IMG/VR virus record: IMGVR_UViG_3300032294_003095
Origin: an uncultured virus (IMG/VR IMGVR_UViG_3300032294_003095)
Taxonomy: Duplodnaviria; Heunggongvirae; Uroviricota; Caudoviricetes
DNA length: 64,000 nucleotides
Direction: 5' to 3' (one strand)
Shown here: positions 38,465-49,663 of the stretch, piece after piece
Position numbering within the stretch: position 1 is the first letter of the stretch
Layout of the letters: each line of letters begins with the position of its first letter
The notes under the pieces: generated by a model
The model's database searches: none
The model's input: only the letters and a program-made list of their open reading frames with translations
What the model was told of the DNA's origin: nothing
Translations under genes and position numbers: made by a program

Positions 38465-40041
38465 AGCTCAGGAACATCATTTTTAGTAATAAGAGTATAT
38501 GTAAATTTATTACCATACTTGCTCTTATGTATTTCTAATAATGAGAATATTTGATCTAAAGCAACTGGATCTGGAATTACTTGACATCCTTCTGACCAAT
38601 TAAAAACACCATAAGTATTTTTACCCTGTTTTCTATTAAAGGCTTTGTGTATTAACATACCAGCATTTCCTTCTCCTGATTTACTATATGTAATTTGCTC
38701 ATTACCGAGATTAGTATCTCTAAAAAACTTCTGTTTACCAGGTCTTAGGCATTTTTCTTCATGATACATTCCGATTGTCCAAGAATTTTTGTATTGAGCG
38801 GGTGCTAAAGTACCTAATCCTCCCCTTTCTCTCATTGTTGGAAGATCTTTATGTAAAGTCTTTCCATATTTTTTCGCACCGTATTTACCAGGTATTGTAG
38901 AAATTGGCCACCAGTGTGCCTTTAAGGCTCCTTGATCGTTTTTATAAATTATATAAAGTTTATCTTTAAACTGATTACTATAAGGAGTACCAGGTAATTG
39001 ATATCTTATGCCTATAATATTCATTTCATTCGGTCTTGAGTAAACCTCATAATTTAATCTTCTAACCTGTGTCAAAATGTACTCACCGTCATCGTTACTC
39101 TCTCTAGCTGCAGGTGGTATGACTTTAGGCTCAGTATCGGGTTGACTTGGATTAGCAGCACCGGATGCTTCAGTTAGATTACCATCAAGTGGTGTAGAAG
39201 CCTTTGGTTCAAAATCAATTGGCTCCGAACCGCCACCTCCGCCACCTGGTAATCCACCACCACTTCCATCACCATCTGATGTTTTTTTACTGTTCTTCCA
39301 TTTATCACCAACTTGACCATCTTGTATTCTATCTCTTTGTAATTTAACAACATTGGCATCTATTAACTTATTATCATTTAAATTAACATTATGTGATAGA
39401 AATTTAGGCTCTTTCAGTGCTCTATATTTTTGACAAATTTCTATGAAATCTGGATTTGCAACAACAGGTGCTCCTAAATTTCCCAAATATGGACCACCTC
39501 TTTCACCTAATAAATTGGCTATAAAGTCATCAAACCAATTCATAAAATTAGTACCTAATATAGCCTGTTGATTTGCGGATTCATGTCCTAAATTAATTGA
39601 TGAATTATTATCTTTAAGATTTAAATGTATGCTGTTACTAGTAATATTTATTTGATTCATTTTATGATCAATTACTAAACCCTCACTATCATTAACAAAT
39701 ATTTGAGTCTTATGATCAAAAATTAAAGATTTCATTGATGTATAATCTTTACCTTGAAGTTTTGATAACTTATTTTCAAGATTTATATTATAGTGATCTG
39801 CATAAATATACTCTGGTTTATAAATATTACCAGAGTCGAAAATGACAGTAACTATTTTACCAACTTCAGGGACATTAAATGCATTACCATTTAGATCCTT
39901 CCAAGGAGATGCCCAAGGAATATCATTTTTAGGTATATCATCAAATATATCAACAACTCTGATTCGACATCTACCTAATTTTTTAGGATCTTCATTATCT
40001 TCAACAATACCTATATAAGTTCGGGATCTATCAACATACAT
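38461..40041 (-). CDS. Baseplate hub/spike gp5-like protein with C-terminal YkuD/L,D-transpeptidase-like domain
   Basis: gp5 OB-fold G.VEDNEDP..LGR..IRV....IPWA...PEVG..V; C-terminal LIH...NWSEGCQV. Confidence 0.75.
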   Translation of the reverse strand: MYVDRSRTYIGIVEDNEDPKKLGRCRIRVVDIFDDIPKNDIPWASPWKDLNGNAFNVPEVGKIVTVIFDSGNIYKPEYIYADHYNINLENKLSKLQGKDYTSMKSLIFDHKTQIFVNDSEGLVIDHKMNQINITSNSIHLNLKDNNSSINLGHESANQQAILGTNFMNWFDDFIANLLGERGGPYLGNLGAPVVANPDFIEICQKYRALKEPKFLSHNVNLNDNKLIDANVVKLQRDRIQDGQVGDKWKNSKKTSDGDGSGGGLPGGGGGGSEPIDFEPKASTPLDGNLTEASGAANPSQPDTEPKVIPPAARESNDDGEYILTQVRRLNYEVYSRPNEMNIIGIRYQLPGTPYSNQFKDKLYIIYKNDQGALKAHWWPISTIPGKYGAKKYGKTLHKDLPTMRERGGLGTLAPAQYKNSWTIGMYHEEKCLRPGKQKFFRDTNLGNEQITYSKSGEGNAGMLIHKAFNRKQGKNTYGVFNWSEGCQVIPDPVALDQIFSLLEIHKSKYGNKFTYTLITKNDVPEL

Positions 40042-40063
40042 ATTTTTATATATTGATTAAATT

Positions 40064-42508
40064 TTATCCTCCTAAAAGTCCACCTAAAACATCACCACCA
40101 AAATCTCTTAGAGAGTTTTTAACATCAAAGAAAAATTGAGCATTTGGTAAACTTGTATAGACATTTGTGGGTTCTCTCATTCTTCCTATTCCAAAAGAGT
40201 TTCTAACTTTATCAAGACTATTATTAATTAATCTAAATTGATTATTCAGTTGTCTTTGAGCCTCACTTAATGCTGCCTTTTTAACATTTTGTAAAAGTCT
40301 CTCGCTAGCTTTTGAGAAAGAGTTTTGATTTACCGTAAGTGGTATGGTACTTTCCACACTAAGAGTACTCAATGGTTTTCCATATAAATTTAAACTCTGA
40401 CCACCTAATTGTGATTGTGGAGATTCAGTATTTGGATTTGCAGCGGTATAAAGACTACCATTATTCGCATTTAAAGGAACTTTAGTCTCGGTCTTATTGG
40501 TATCATAAATTTGACCACTTTTATTTTCACCCTCAACAGCTTCTTTTACAAAATATTTATTGTATATTTCTCTTTTTTGCTCCGATGAAAGTATTCCCAG
40601 TGTGTTTGTTATTTCAATATCATCCGAAAAGTCATAATTATCATATGTAATTACTTTGTCACTGACTGTATCTTTACCTAAATATCCATTATTAAGTCTC
40701 ATAAATCCACCTGTTAATCCATTATTAATGGTGTTACCATCAAAAGATGTGGTATTTGCTTCAGAAGGCCTTACCTGAGTTGGATTAAGTAGATCATTTC
40801 TAAGACCTGCATAATTATTTTTTATAAAGTTATATCTTTCAAATTTCATAGTTGAATATTTATAACTAATTGACAATTCTAAAGAATCTGGACTACTTAA
40901 TGCACCGCCACCAATGTCTATAGAATCTCCGTGTGTCATTTTATCAAAAAATAATTGACACTCATAAAGATTATAAACATATCTGGAAACATTCTCTTTT
41001 AGTGTTCGAAGACCTGCTTGACCGTTAGCGGCTTTAACAACTCTTGTTAGATTTCTAACTTCAGATGCTACTATATAACAGTCAAATCTTAGTAGATTTT
41101 CAGGAATTATGTTTTTGCCATTTATTCTCGACCAATAAATGAGCTTATATAAAGAGGCTAATGTTCCAAGATTTAAATTGGTATCCTCATAAAAAGATAT
41201 TTTTATTAGATCTTGTCTATATTTAGTAAATGCTGCTTGTGCAGACGGTGTATTTGCTTCTATTAATCTATCCAAACCAGATACTTTTTTCACATAATGC
41301 CTTTTAGGATTTGGTGGTGTGCTAAATATAGAATCTGTGTATAAGTTTACAGGATTAAAAAAAGCTGCATTAAATTTAAAAAATTTTGAAAACTCAATCA
41401 TTGTATCTGCTAAAATTGGACCTCTGGACCTAATCTCTGTATTTGAATTAAATTTCTCAATAAATCGAGCTGCCTCGCCATTAAACAATGGAGAGTTTGG
41501 AACATCTATCACGACCTCAAATCCTAAAAATAAAGGATCCTCATTGTCCATTGGAGTCACTGAACTATTATCAATAGTACTTAGAAGCTTATCATCCTCT
41601 AATCCAAATTTAAATCTATAATCTGACGACCTAGTGCTTTCAAAAAATCCATCATCCCCAGTTTTCTTACTATACGATAAAGCCTCCTCAGAGCTGACAA
41701 CTCCAATCGCTGTTTCATATCCCAAGAAAGTGTTGTTACTAGGCATCAATAGTATTTCATCTCCAGTTCTATAATAAGCAACCGGTGTGAATCCTGGCTT
41801 ATCTATAGTACTAGTATCAGGATTTTCAATCCCAACATATGCTGATCTAGATATACCCGGTAGTTCATCTTTATTGGGTCTATTATCTACCCATTCATTG
41901 ATTTTTGTATCAAAAAATCCAGGTGGTGTAAACCATCCAATATATTTATACTCACCAGTTATGTTGGGTAAATCTTCTCTAGATATACCTGGGAGTCCAC
42001 TTATTTGTTTCTTTAGTCTATTATCTACCCATATTCCTGTACTATTGAAATACCCGGGTGGAGTATATCCCTTAGTCAAAAGTCCATTATGATCAGATAT
42101 AAAATCGCGCTGAGTACCAGGAAAACTTCTTATTAGGGAGCTTAGTTTATTATCTATCCATTGTTTGGTTCTAGTAAAATATCCAGGTGGAATAAATCCT
42201 TTAATTTTAGTATTACCACTTACTATTAAATCATCATGTGTAACACCAGGAAATTCTTTAATTATAGTGCTTAGTCTACCATCTACCCATTGATTGGTTT
42301 TATCGAAATATCCTGGTGGTATAAAATTACCACCATATCTTTCACTATCAATTGTAAATGAATCCATTCTTGTAACTCCACCACCGGGTCCTATATAGAC
42401 ACCACTAAAATTCTCTGCTCCCTCGGGGTTTTCTTTTGAGTTACCAAATAATTTAGCTGATAAAGTATCACCTAACTTTTGAATTGATGTATTTAAACTA
42501 TCTGCCAT
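40064..42508 (-). CDS. Probable virion/baseplate protein with 4-5 N-terminal PPGYF repeats
   Basis: About 43-aa repeats GF.PPGYF...W.D.RL...PG; adjacent to the gp5-like gene; late-type promoter variant. Confidence 0.55.
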   Translation of the reverse strand: MADSLNTSIQKLGDTLSAKLFGNSKENPEGAENFSGVYIGPGGGVTRMDSFTIDSERYGGNFIPPGYFDKTNQWVDGRLSTIIKEFPGVTHDDLIVSGNTKIKGFIPPGYFTRTKQWIDNKLSSLIRSFPGTQRDFISDHNGLLTKGYTPPGYFNSTGIWVDNRLKKQISGLPGISREDLPNITGEYKYIGWFTPPGFFDTKINEWVDNRPNKDELPGISRSAYVGIENPDTSTIDKPGFTPVAYYRTGDEILLMPSNNTFLGYETAIGVVSSEEALSYSKKTGDDGFFESTRSSDYRFKFGLEDDKLLSTIDNSSVTPMDNEDPLFLGFEVVIDVPNSPLFNGEAARFIEKFNSNTEIRSRGPILADTMIEFSKFFKFNAAFFNPVNLYTDSIFSTPPNPKRHYVKKVSGLDRLIEANTPSAQAAFTKYRQDLIKISFYEDTNLNLGTLASLYKLIYWSRINGKNIIPENLLRFDCYIVASEVRNLTRVVKAANGQAGLRTLKENVSRYVYNLYECQLFFDKMTHGDSIDIGGGALSSPDSLELSISYKYSTMKFERYNFIKNNYAGLRNDLLNPTQVRPSEANTTSFDGNTINNGLTGGFMRLNNGYLGKDTVSDKVITYDNYDFSDDIEITNTLGILSSEQKREIYNKYFVKEAVEGENKSGQIYDTNKTETKVPLNANNGSLYTAANPNTESPQSQLGGQSLNLYGKPLSTLSVESTIPLTVNQNSFSKASERLLQNVKKAALSEAQRQLNNQFRLINNSLDKVRNSFGIGRMREPTNVYTSLPNAQFFFDVKNSLRDFGGDVLGGLLGG

Positions 42509-42579
42509 GAGATATATATTCTTTTATTCTAAATACATATCATAAATTAATATATACAACAAAACTAAATGTAAATTTT

Positions 42580-43959
42580 ATGAGATTTCTAAAAAGCTCA
42601 TTTTTATTTGAATCTAAGAATAATAATACATACAGCTCAAAAGGATTAGTTTTTGAGATATGTACAAGTATGGTACTATTAAATAATGAATTCTTAGATA
42701 ATATTCTTGATAGGGGATTAAAAGCAAGATATTCAGAAAACTCTTCAGTTTTTTTAACAGATTTGAAGAATCTACTATTAGCAAAAAACAGACTTGAATT
42801 GGGTGTGTTAAGTGCAAATAAATTTGAAGTAGATAATGAAGTATCAAAAATAAATGAGATATTTGATTCTGTTGAGTTTAATATTGAGAAAGATTGGGAA
42901 CAACTTGTAAACGCAAGAAGTACAGCTAGAAATATAATCGATAAATTATTACCAGATCAAAAACTATCATCAGATTTTATAAGTAAAATTTACTGGATTG
43001 GTCCAAATAAAAATGAAGAGTCTCAAGAAGATATTGTAATCGAAACAAAAGATGGCGCTCAATACTCTTTTTATTTAAATAAAAATATATCATTACAAAA
43101 AACCGCTAGCTTTAATACATTTGCTGATGATTTAATACCAGTTGATATTGACAATCTTTATAAAGAAGAGAATTTAAGTAAATGGGATAAACTAACACAA
43201 GAGTGGATTAGAATAAACTATGAAAACTCAAATAAAACTATGCAACATCACATTGAAAAATTTATAGATGTGAAAAGAATTGACTCTATCGGATATTTTG
43301 AATTTTTCGATATTAGACACAGGGATAATAGATTTAAATATCTTGGTGAATATATTAAAGACTTTGAAAAAAATATATTAAAATTTTCAGATTTATTAAA
43401 TGAAATTTGGAAAAATAGAGAAGTATTTTTTATAGATGTTGAAAGAGCTAATAAGGAATGGTACGAATCTAAAATAACAATATTAAATTCTAGAATTTTA
43501 GAAAATCTATTCACAACATCTTTAAAAAGAGATAAGATTGATGAAATTGAAAGACTAGAATCTGGATTCAAAAGAGCATCTGGAAGTATTAAAATGAAGC
43601 TTATCAAAACAATTGTAAATAAAATGAATTGTTTGGAGAGACCAGTTTATTATCTTTCTAATGGTGGAAATAACTTTATTCAAATTCCATCTAGATCATT
43701 CTTCAGAAAAAATTATGAGGATATAGATATTCAATTTGACTATCATGTTAAATTTCAAGTATCATCAGAAGATGAGAATAATAGTTTTAAATTTAAAATT
43801 AAACTTATTATTAATAATGATGAATTATTAAATATGGAAATTATTGTAGGATTCTCAGGTGGAGAGTTCTCAAGTAAATTAAATGCTAAGTATAGATATA
43901 ATTTACCAAATAATTTTAACTACATAATTTCAAAATTGGAGAAAAACGAAGAATTTTAA
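42580..43959 (+). CDS. Hypothetical protein with CTS-like N-terminus (MRFLKSSFLFES)
   Basis: 459-aa ORF; promoter at 42548-42556. Confidence 0.65.
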   Translation: MRFLKSSFLFESKNNNTYSSKGLVFEICTSMVLLNNEFLDNILDRGLKARYSENSSVFLTDLKNLLLAKNRLELGVLSANKFEVDNEVSKINEIFDSVEFNIEKDWEQLVNARSTARNIIDKLLPDQKLSSDFISKIYWIGPNKNEESQEDIVIETKDGAQYSFYLNKNISLQKTASFNTFADDLIPVDIDNLYKEENLSKWDKLTQEWIRINYENSNKTMQHHIEKFIDVKRIDSIGYFEFFDIRHRDNRFKYLGEYIKDFEKNILKFSDLLNEIWKNREVFFIDVERANKEWYESKITILNSRILENLFTTSLKRDKIDEIERLESGFKRASGSIKMKLIKTIVNKMNCLERPVYYLSNGGNNFIQIPSRSFFRKNYEDIDIQFDYHVKFQVSSEDENNSFKFKIKLIINNDELLNMEIIVGFSGGEFSSKLNAKYRYNLPNNFNYIISKLEKNEEF

Positions 43960-44001
43960 GAAAAAACTAAGTTCTAATATATAATAAAAAGAATTTAGTT
44001 A

Positions 44002-47000
44002 ATGAAGGTTTTACCGATTTTTCCATTATATCCATCACCATCATTTTTACAATATAATGTATCTCTTGGTATACCCGGGCCTAAACTTTGGGATTTACCA
44101 CTCATTGGTGATTTTGCAAAAAAAAGTAATTTTCCAAATACTCAATCATCTGTACTTATACCAGATGTTGAATATATTAAAAGATTTGCTAATTATGAAT
44201 TAGGCATTGCGGATGCCATGTTAAAAGCTACACAAGCACAGAACATAGCTAAGATAAAAACTCCTGAGATTAGAAATCAATTTGATCAACTATACGGATC
44301 TTCTGAGAAAAAAACCGGAGCATTTAAAGAGGGTATAGGTTTAGCATCAATTGAGAAAACAATTTTATCATCTGTATTTGAAAGTCAGAAACCTTACTTT
44401 GAAATCGCACAATTTGTAATTAAAAGTTTAGCAAAAGTAGAGGATATAATTGCTAGAATATCACCACTCATTGGTGCTGCTGTAAATCCAACATTAGCAT
44501 TGGCGATTAAGTCTAGAAGACCAAAAGGTAATGGTCCACAATCAACAAAATTTTTAACACCATACGGAACACCACTTGCTTTAGGTTATAAAAACAGCGA
44601 GCAAATTAAAAAAGAGCTTGATAAACTAAAAACTCAACTTCAGAGGGGTAACGGTGTTTCTATAGATAAAAGAGGTAATTATAAAAAAGTTCCGAAAAAT
44701 AACAGTGGAAATGGATTAACACAGTCATCAAATTTTGAAAATGACTCGAACTTGATGTTTACATATGCGACTGTATCAACATATTATTCAACTGGCGTAT
44801 TTATACCACAAGAAGATTATCTCTATAAGTATATAGATCTTCCAGCGGATGAAAAGCTACCACCTGTAGTAACACCAGACGAACCTGAAGAAAAAGATTT
44901 AAGACCAGATAGAATAATACTTGGAATATTTAATAAAAATGGAACACCAATAGATCCAAATTCAAAAATTCAATATTGGGGAGTAAATCAGGATGGTACA
45001 GATTTGACTATTCAAGAGTCTATTTTTGAAAAAGCACCATGGATAAAAAATGAAAAATGGATTTTTGACAAATCTATTGACTATAGTGGATCACTAAGTT
45101 GGCAGACATTAGAGATAGAAAATTACAAGTGGAGAAAAAATGGATCAATAGTTACACAAAAGGATAGTCCGGGTGATGGTTGGGAGAAATTAAAATATAA
45201 AGATGTACTTGATTTTAATAAAGAAGAGCTTCAATATTTGAAATATAAAGAAAATGATTTTATTGTAGATTTTAGACAATCAACCATCTCTGATTATAGA
45301 AAATATTATGACTTTTTGGTTGAAAAGGGATTTGTTAAGTACAATGTAACAGAAGATGAGAGACCTGAAATTATGACACAAGTTGAAAAGCTTTTCTCAG
45401 AGAATGCACCAAATGATAAAATATTAGAGCAGTTACAAAATTTAATAAAGTTTGGTGATTTTAAAAATTCATATGTCTTAGGAATAGATAAGCAAGATTG
45501 GAAAAGATACTCAAATTCAAATACTCCACAAGATAGTATACCAGATTCAGTGAGAAAAATATTTAAACCAATGAGGTTTAATATAGCCGGAGAAACCGTT
45601 TGGATTGATCCAGAAAGTGAGTATGATTTGAAAGTTGTTAAAGTCGATCCTGTTTTAAAATTATATTATAATTCTGAGAACACGAATAGAAAAAGACCAG
45701 GTGAAACAGATTTCAAAAAAGGACTAGGAAAGGACAATCTAAAAAATAAATTATCCAGCGAGGATGGTATTAAGGGTGCTAATGAAATTATTCAAAGAAA
45801 TTCAAATATTAGAAACTTTGTAAAAAATAAATTACAAATTTTAGTAGTTGATGATAATGGGCCTGTAAATTTCAATTTAAAAACTTATAGGACAGATTTA
45901 GAAATCTACAGTGAAAATGAGTTAGAAGTTGATTATAAAAATATAGAAAACTTTGATTTTATTAACTGGAATGTTAATATTGACAATCTAACGGGTGTAA
46001 AAACACCAGACTTGAGAAATGTTTCTATGAAATTATATTTTGATTCAGATTCTTATCCTATATCCTTTGATAAAAATATAAATAAAGAATTTATAGGTGG
46101 ACAGGTATATTCACCTGATACTAACTATGATGATGGTAGTAATCCATTAATTAACTCTTATCCACTAAGTTTTACAGATTCAATTAGAAATTTGATAAAT
46201 CTATCAGATAGATCAGACTTTGATAGCAATTTTGACTCTATAATGGAAAATAATGGACTTGATTGGGATAGAGATAAGTTTGATAAGTTTAAGAGAAATT
46301 CTGAGTGGCTTTTATCTAAAATAGATGAAATAGGTAATGTTAGTATAGAGTCTGAGAAAACTGATAAAGTAGAGACATCTGAATTACTCTCAAAGTCGGG
46401 AAGTACAATACAATATAAAACCGTTGAGTATACATATATTACAAAAACGATTTTAAAACCTCTTATTCTCGCTAATGCAATTGGACTGGTTTTATCGGCT
46501 ATCATAAAATATGAGGGTAGTTTATTAGCAGCGGCATCTTTACAACCGGTTTTGGCTGTATCATTATTAAACGGTGCTATAGACGACACTAGAGATGCTA
46601 TTGAAAAATTTAAAGAAGCTAAAGATAAATATTCATACTATAATAGAGAGGTGAAGTCGAGCTCAAGAACTACACCACCTAATTTTTATGTTGAATTTGG
46701 TGGATTGGGTAGAGGAAAGTGGGATTTAAAATTAATAGATGGTATAGTAAAAGAAATTATTTTCTTCAGAGGAGTATTGACCAATGATACACTAGTTGAT
46801 AATGGATATATTACTAGTAATAACAATAATACTCCAGCAAACAATGCATTGGTTACAAATACCTCAAGAGCTTTGCCACTTTTTGGAAAATCTAATACTT
46901 TAACATTCTCATTATCACCCCCACCGATGGGTTTAAACTTCAATACTGAAAAATCAACCATTTCTCTTAATATAACTGAATTAGAGAAGTTTCAAATCTC

Positions 47001-49179
47001 TGTGTTTGAAACAAATGGTAGTGGTGGTAAGTTAAAAACCATATCTTCAAATAATTATGCTCAAAAAACAATATTAAATAAAAAAATACAAGAACTTGGT
47101 GTTCAAAATAAATCTTATTCCAAAGGTAGATATGGTGCAGGGTGGAAAGGTGGATTGGCTAAAGATAAAGATGGAAGACCAGTTTTAAATGATGATGGAA
47201 CACCTTTTATAGAGCCAGATAATCCTCAATTTGTTGGATATCTAAGAAGAAGTCAATTAACTGAGTTAGATTTAGAACCGTATTATATAATAGAGGGTTA
47301 TAAAAAAACTCAAAATGAAGATACTAAAGATAATGGTGGATATGGTGGTGCTGGTGCAGGATCTGGATCGGGAGCTGGCATCGGTGCTGGGGCTGGAGGA
47401 GGAGGTGGATTTTATCGAATGCCGGATGCAATCGGTATAGTTAAAGTGATGATTGAGCTAACTATTGAGTTAGGTATGAAGTTATTTCCAGCAATTAATA
47501 AACTGATCTCTTTAATAAAAAATCCAGCTAATTTTATAATTGAAATAATTAAATCAAAAGTTGAAGACCATTTTTTAATATTTAGTCCAAAAATAACTCA
47601 GATAATGCAAAGAGTTTCTGAGTATAGTACGTCTGTTAAATCAATTAATAATCCAGATTTAAAGTATTTTAAAATAAAAGAAATGAAGGACTATGTTAAG
47701 GGAACAGAGATTGCTAACTATTTGTATGTTGATGATAAAGGCGAGTTTCGATTTGTAATTGATGGTCCTGCATTAATTGGATTTTTTGGAATACTATTTG
47801 GAATAGATTTGAATCTATCTAAAGCATTTAACGGTGGAATACCTATAAAGCCAATATTTTCAGCACCTAATCCATCTAATTTTGATCAATTTATAGATAA
47901 GTTTGGATTAAAAAAACCAAACACGACTAAAAAAAATGATTCATCTTGGGGAAATGGTGATCCAAATGTAACTGATGATAATAAAGAGGATTTAGAAGAT
48001 AAAGTAATTAAAAATCTAGACCTTACTAAACCAGACGAAATAACTAAAAATAAAATCGTTTCAAAAAATGGTAATAAAGAATACTATGAGGAAGTTGAAA
48101 TTACATACTCTACTGGTAAATTTATAGAGGGAATAGATTATAAATATATTTATCTAGATCAAGAAATAGAAAAAACAATTAGAGAAGCTGATGAATTAGT
48201 AAGTGAAACTAGTGATATAGACTATTCTGGAACAGCTTCAAATCCAATTGATGCTCTACAACTAGCCTCAGAAAAATATCAACATGCTTATGATCTAATT
48301 GATAAAGATGATAAGAGTAAACAGTCACTTAGAAAGCTACTTATAGATAAAATAAGAGCATTAAAAGGAAAGATAAATATTGTTTCACAACCACTATTTA
48401 AAATGCTTTTGGGTATAGTAACTCTACCACTAAAAGTCGTATTTAGTATAATTAAGTGGTTAATAGACTTTTTTAAGAAATTACTTAACCCTGTAAAATT
48501 TCCTGGACTAATGGCTGAGTTTTTATCCTTCAAATGGATAATGCAGTTCTTCACTCCAAAAGGATTATTAGATTTAGCCGGAATTAAATTCAATCCAGAA
48601 AAAGTTGCTGAGTGGTGTATTGCGGTAAATGTTACAAATCCTCTTTTTGGAAGAATACCAGGAGTCGGTCAATATCTTATACCTGATGATTATGTGATAG
48701 CTGATTTAAATGAATTTTTGAGTGTTGGATTTGAGGCTAGATTGCCTGTATATACCGCTAAACAATATAGAGATTTGTGTCTAAGACCTTTTAGACTATT
48801 TTTTGTATTCTTATGCTTTATAGAAAGAATAATAAACGCGTTTATAATGTTAATCTGGTCAGTTATGGGTATAACCGCAGTTATACCACCACCACTGATA
48901 AAGTTATGTAAAAGAATACCAGAGAATATCAATCCGAGAGATCTAAGAGAAATTATAAGTGGATTATACAGAGATGGTGATTTAAATGTTGCTGATCCAA
49001 AATTATCAACCGATGAGTTGAAAAATACAGCAACGGGTGATTCATATGATTTTATATATGAGGTTAAATTACCGGACGGTACTGTTAAGAAAGAATTAGA
49101 TCCGGAAGCCGTTAAGAAAATAATGGAAGATAATAAAGACTTAAACTTTGATTTTCTAAATTTTGAAACACTTGAATAA
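44002..49179 (+). CDS. Giant (1725 aa) probable virion protein
   Basis: Late-type promoter at 43975; Gly-rich linker; hydrophobic helical segments; duplicated YSTGxFI..DY.Y.Y motif. Confidence 0.6.
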   Translation: MKVLPIFPLYPSPSFLQYNVSLGIPGPKLWDLPLIGDFAKKSNFPNTQSSVLIPDVEYIKRFANYELGIADAMLKATQAQNIAKIKTPEIRNQFDQLYGSSEKKTGAFKEGIGLASIEKTILSSVFESQKPYFEIAQFVIKSLAKVEDIIARISPLIGAAVNPTLALAIKSRRPKGNGPQSTKFLTPYGTPLALGYKNSEQIKKELDKLKTQLQRGNGVSIDKRGNYKKVPKNNSGNGLTQSSNFENDSNLMFTYATVSTYYSTGVFIPQEDYLYKYIDLPADEKLPPVVTPDEPEEKDLRPDRIILGIFNKNGTPIDPNSKIQYWGVNQDGTDLTIQESIFEKAPWIKNEKWIFDKSIDYSGSLSWQTLEIENYKWRKNGSIVTQKDSPGDGWEKLKYKDVLDFNKEELQYLKYKENDFIVDFRQSTISDYRKYYDFLVEKGFVKYNVTEDERPEIMTQVEKLFSENAPNDKILEQLQNLIKFGDFKNSYVLGIDKQDWKRYSNSNTPQDSIPDSVRKIFKPMRFNIAGETVWIDPESEYDLKVVKVDPVLKLYYNSENTNRKRPGETDFKKGLGKDNLKNKLSSEDGIKGANEIIQRNSNIRNFVKNKLQILVVDDNGPVNFNLKTYRTDLEIYSENELEVDYKNIENFDFINWNVNIDNLTGVKTPDLRNVSMKLYFDSDSYPISFDKNINKEFIGGQVYSPDTNYDDGSNPLINSYPLSFTDSIRNLINLSDRSDFDSNFDSIMENNGLDWDRDKFDKFKRNSEWLLSKIDEIGNVSIESEKTDKVETSELLSKSGSTIQYKTVEYTYITKTILKPLILANAIGLVLSAIIKYEGSLLAAASLQPVLAVSLLNGAIDDTRDAIEKFKEAKDKYSYYNREVKSSSRTTPPNFYVEFGGLGRGKWDLKLIDGIVKEIIFFRGVLTNDTLVDNGYITSNNNNTPANNALVTNTSRALPLFGKSNTLTFSLSPPPMGLNFNTEKSTISLNITELEKFQISVFETNGSGGKLKTISSNNYAQKTILNKKIQELGVQNKSYSKGRYGAGWKGGLAKDKDGRPVLNDDGTPFIEPDNPQFVGYLRRSQLTELDLEPYYIIEGYKKTQNEDTKDNGGYGGAGAGSGSGAGIGAGAGGGGGFYRMPDAIGIVKVMIELTIELGMKLFPAINKLISLIKNPANFIIEIIKSKVEDHFLIFSPKITQIMQRVSEYSTSVKSINNPDLKYFKIKEMKDYVKGTEIANYLYVDDKGEFRFVIDGPALIGFFGILFGIDLNLSKAFNGGIPIKPIFSAPNPSNFDQFIDKFGLKKPNTTKKNDSSWGNGDPNVTDDNKEDLEDKVIKNLDLTKPDEITKNKIVSKNGNKEYYEEVEITYSTGKFIEGIDYKYIYLDQEIEKTIREADELVSETSDIDYSGTASNPIDALQLASEKYQHAYDLIDKDDKSKQSLRKLLIDKIRALKGKINIVSQPLFKMLLGIVTLPLKVVFSIIKWLIDFFKKLLNPVKFPGLMAEFLSFKWIMQFFTPKGLLDLAGIKFNPEKVAEWCIAVNVTNPLFGRIPGVGQYLIPDDYVIADLNEFLSVGFEARLPVYTAKQYRDLCLRPFRLFFVFLCFIERIINAFIMLIWSVMGITAVIPPPLIKLCKRIPENINPRDLREIISGLYRDGDLNVADPKLSTDELKNTATGDSYDFIYEVKLPDGTVKKELDPEAVKKIMEDNKDLNFDFLNFETLE

Positions 49180-49216
49180 AATTAAACTATAACTAAAAAA
49201 TATAAATTTCAAAATT

Positions 49217-49441
49217 ATGCCAAAATCAAGAAATAGAAAAGACCACAAGAAAAAATCTAGAGCTAGAAGCGAAAGAATGAAAATTGAAAAAAGAAAACAG
49301 GAAAAAGCTCAAAGAGAGATGATTATGAACTTAATTGAACAAGAGAAACAAAAAGGATTGTTTGATAACTTACCACAGATAAATCCGACCACTACCACTG
49401 ATGGTCCACAAATTGATTTATCATCAGGTCCAGTTCTTTAA
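49217..49441 (+). CDS. Small basic hypothetical protein
   Basis: MPKSRNRKDHKKK... Confidence 0.6.
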   Translation: MPKSRNRKDHKKKSRARSERMKIEKRKQEKAQREMIMNLIEQEKQKGLFDNLPQINPTTTTDGPQIDLSSGPVL

Positions 49442-49614
49442 AATAAGATAGATAAAAACCAATTTTTAGGTTTTGATTTTTGATTTAAAATCTTTGATAT
49501 CTTATGACAAAGATAAAGCCTAACAATCTTTGCCTTTGTACAATTGTGATTTTGTAACTTACAAATACCTAAATAGTTATTGACAACCAATATTGAATCC
49601 AAGTTTTGTTTCAT
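49438..49614 (-). CDS. Small hypothetical protein (58 aa)
   Basis: Not in the ORF track. MKQNLDSILVVNNYLGICK...NWFLSILF; fills the gap; TAATATATA on minus at 49632-49640. Confidence 0.5.
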   Translation of the reverse strand: MKQNLDSILVVNNYLGICKLQNHNCTKAKIVRLYLCHKISKILNQKSKPKNWFLSILF

Positions 49615-49663
49615 TAATTAAAGGTTTATTGTATATATTATTAAAAAAAATAAGAATTCGTTT

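Noticed and set aside
42580..43959. PD-(D/E)XK nuclease call for the 459-aa ORF
   Set aside because: Only a vague E...D-I-V-I pattern with no clear (D/E)xK; insufficient evidence.
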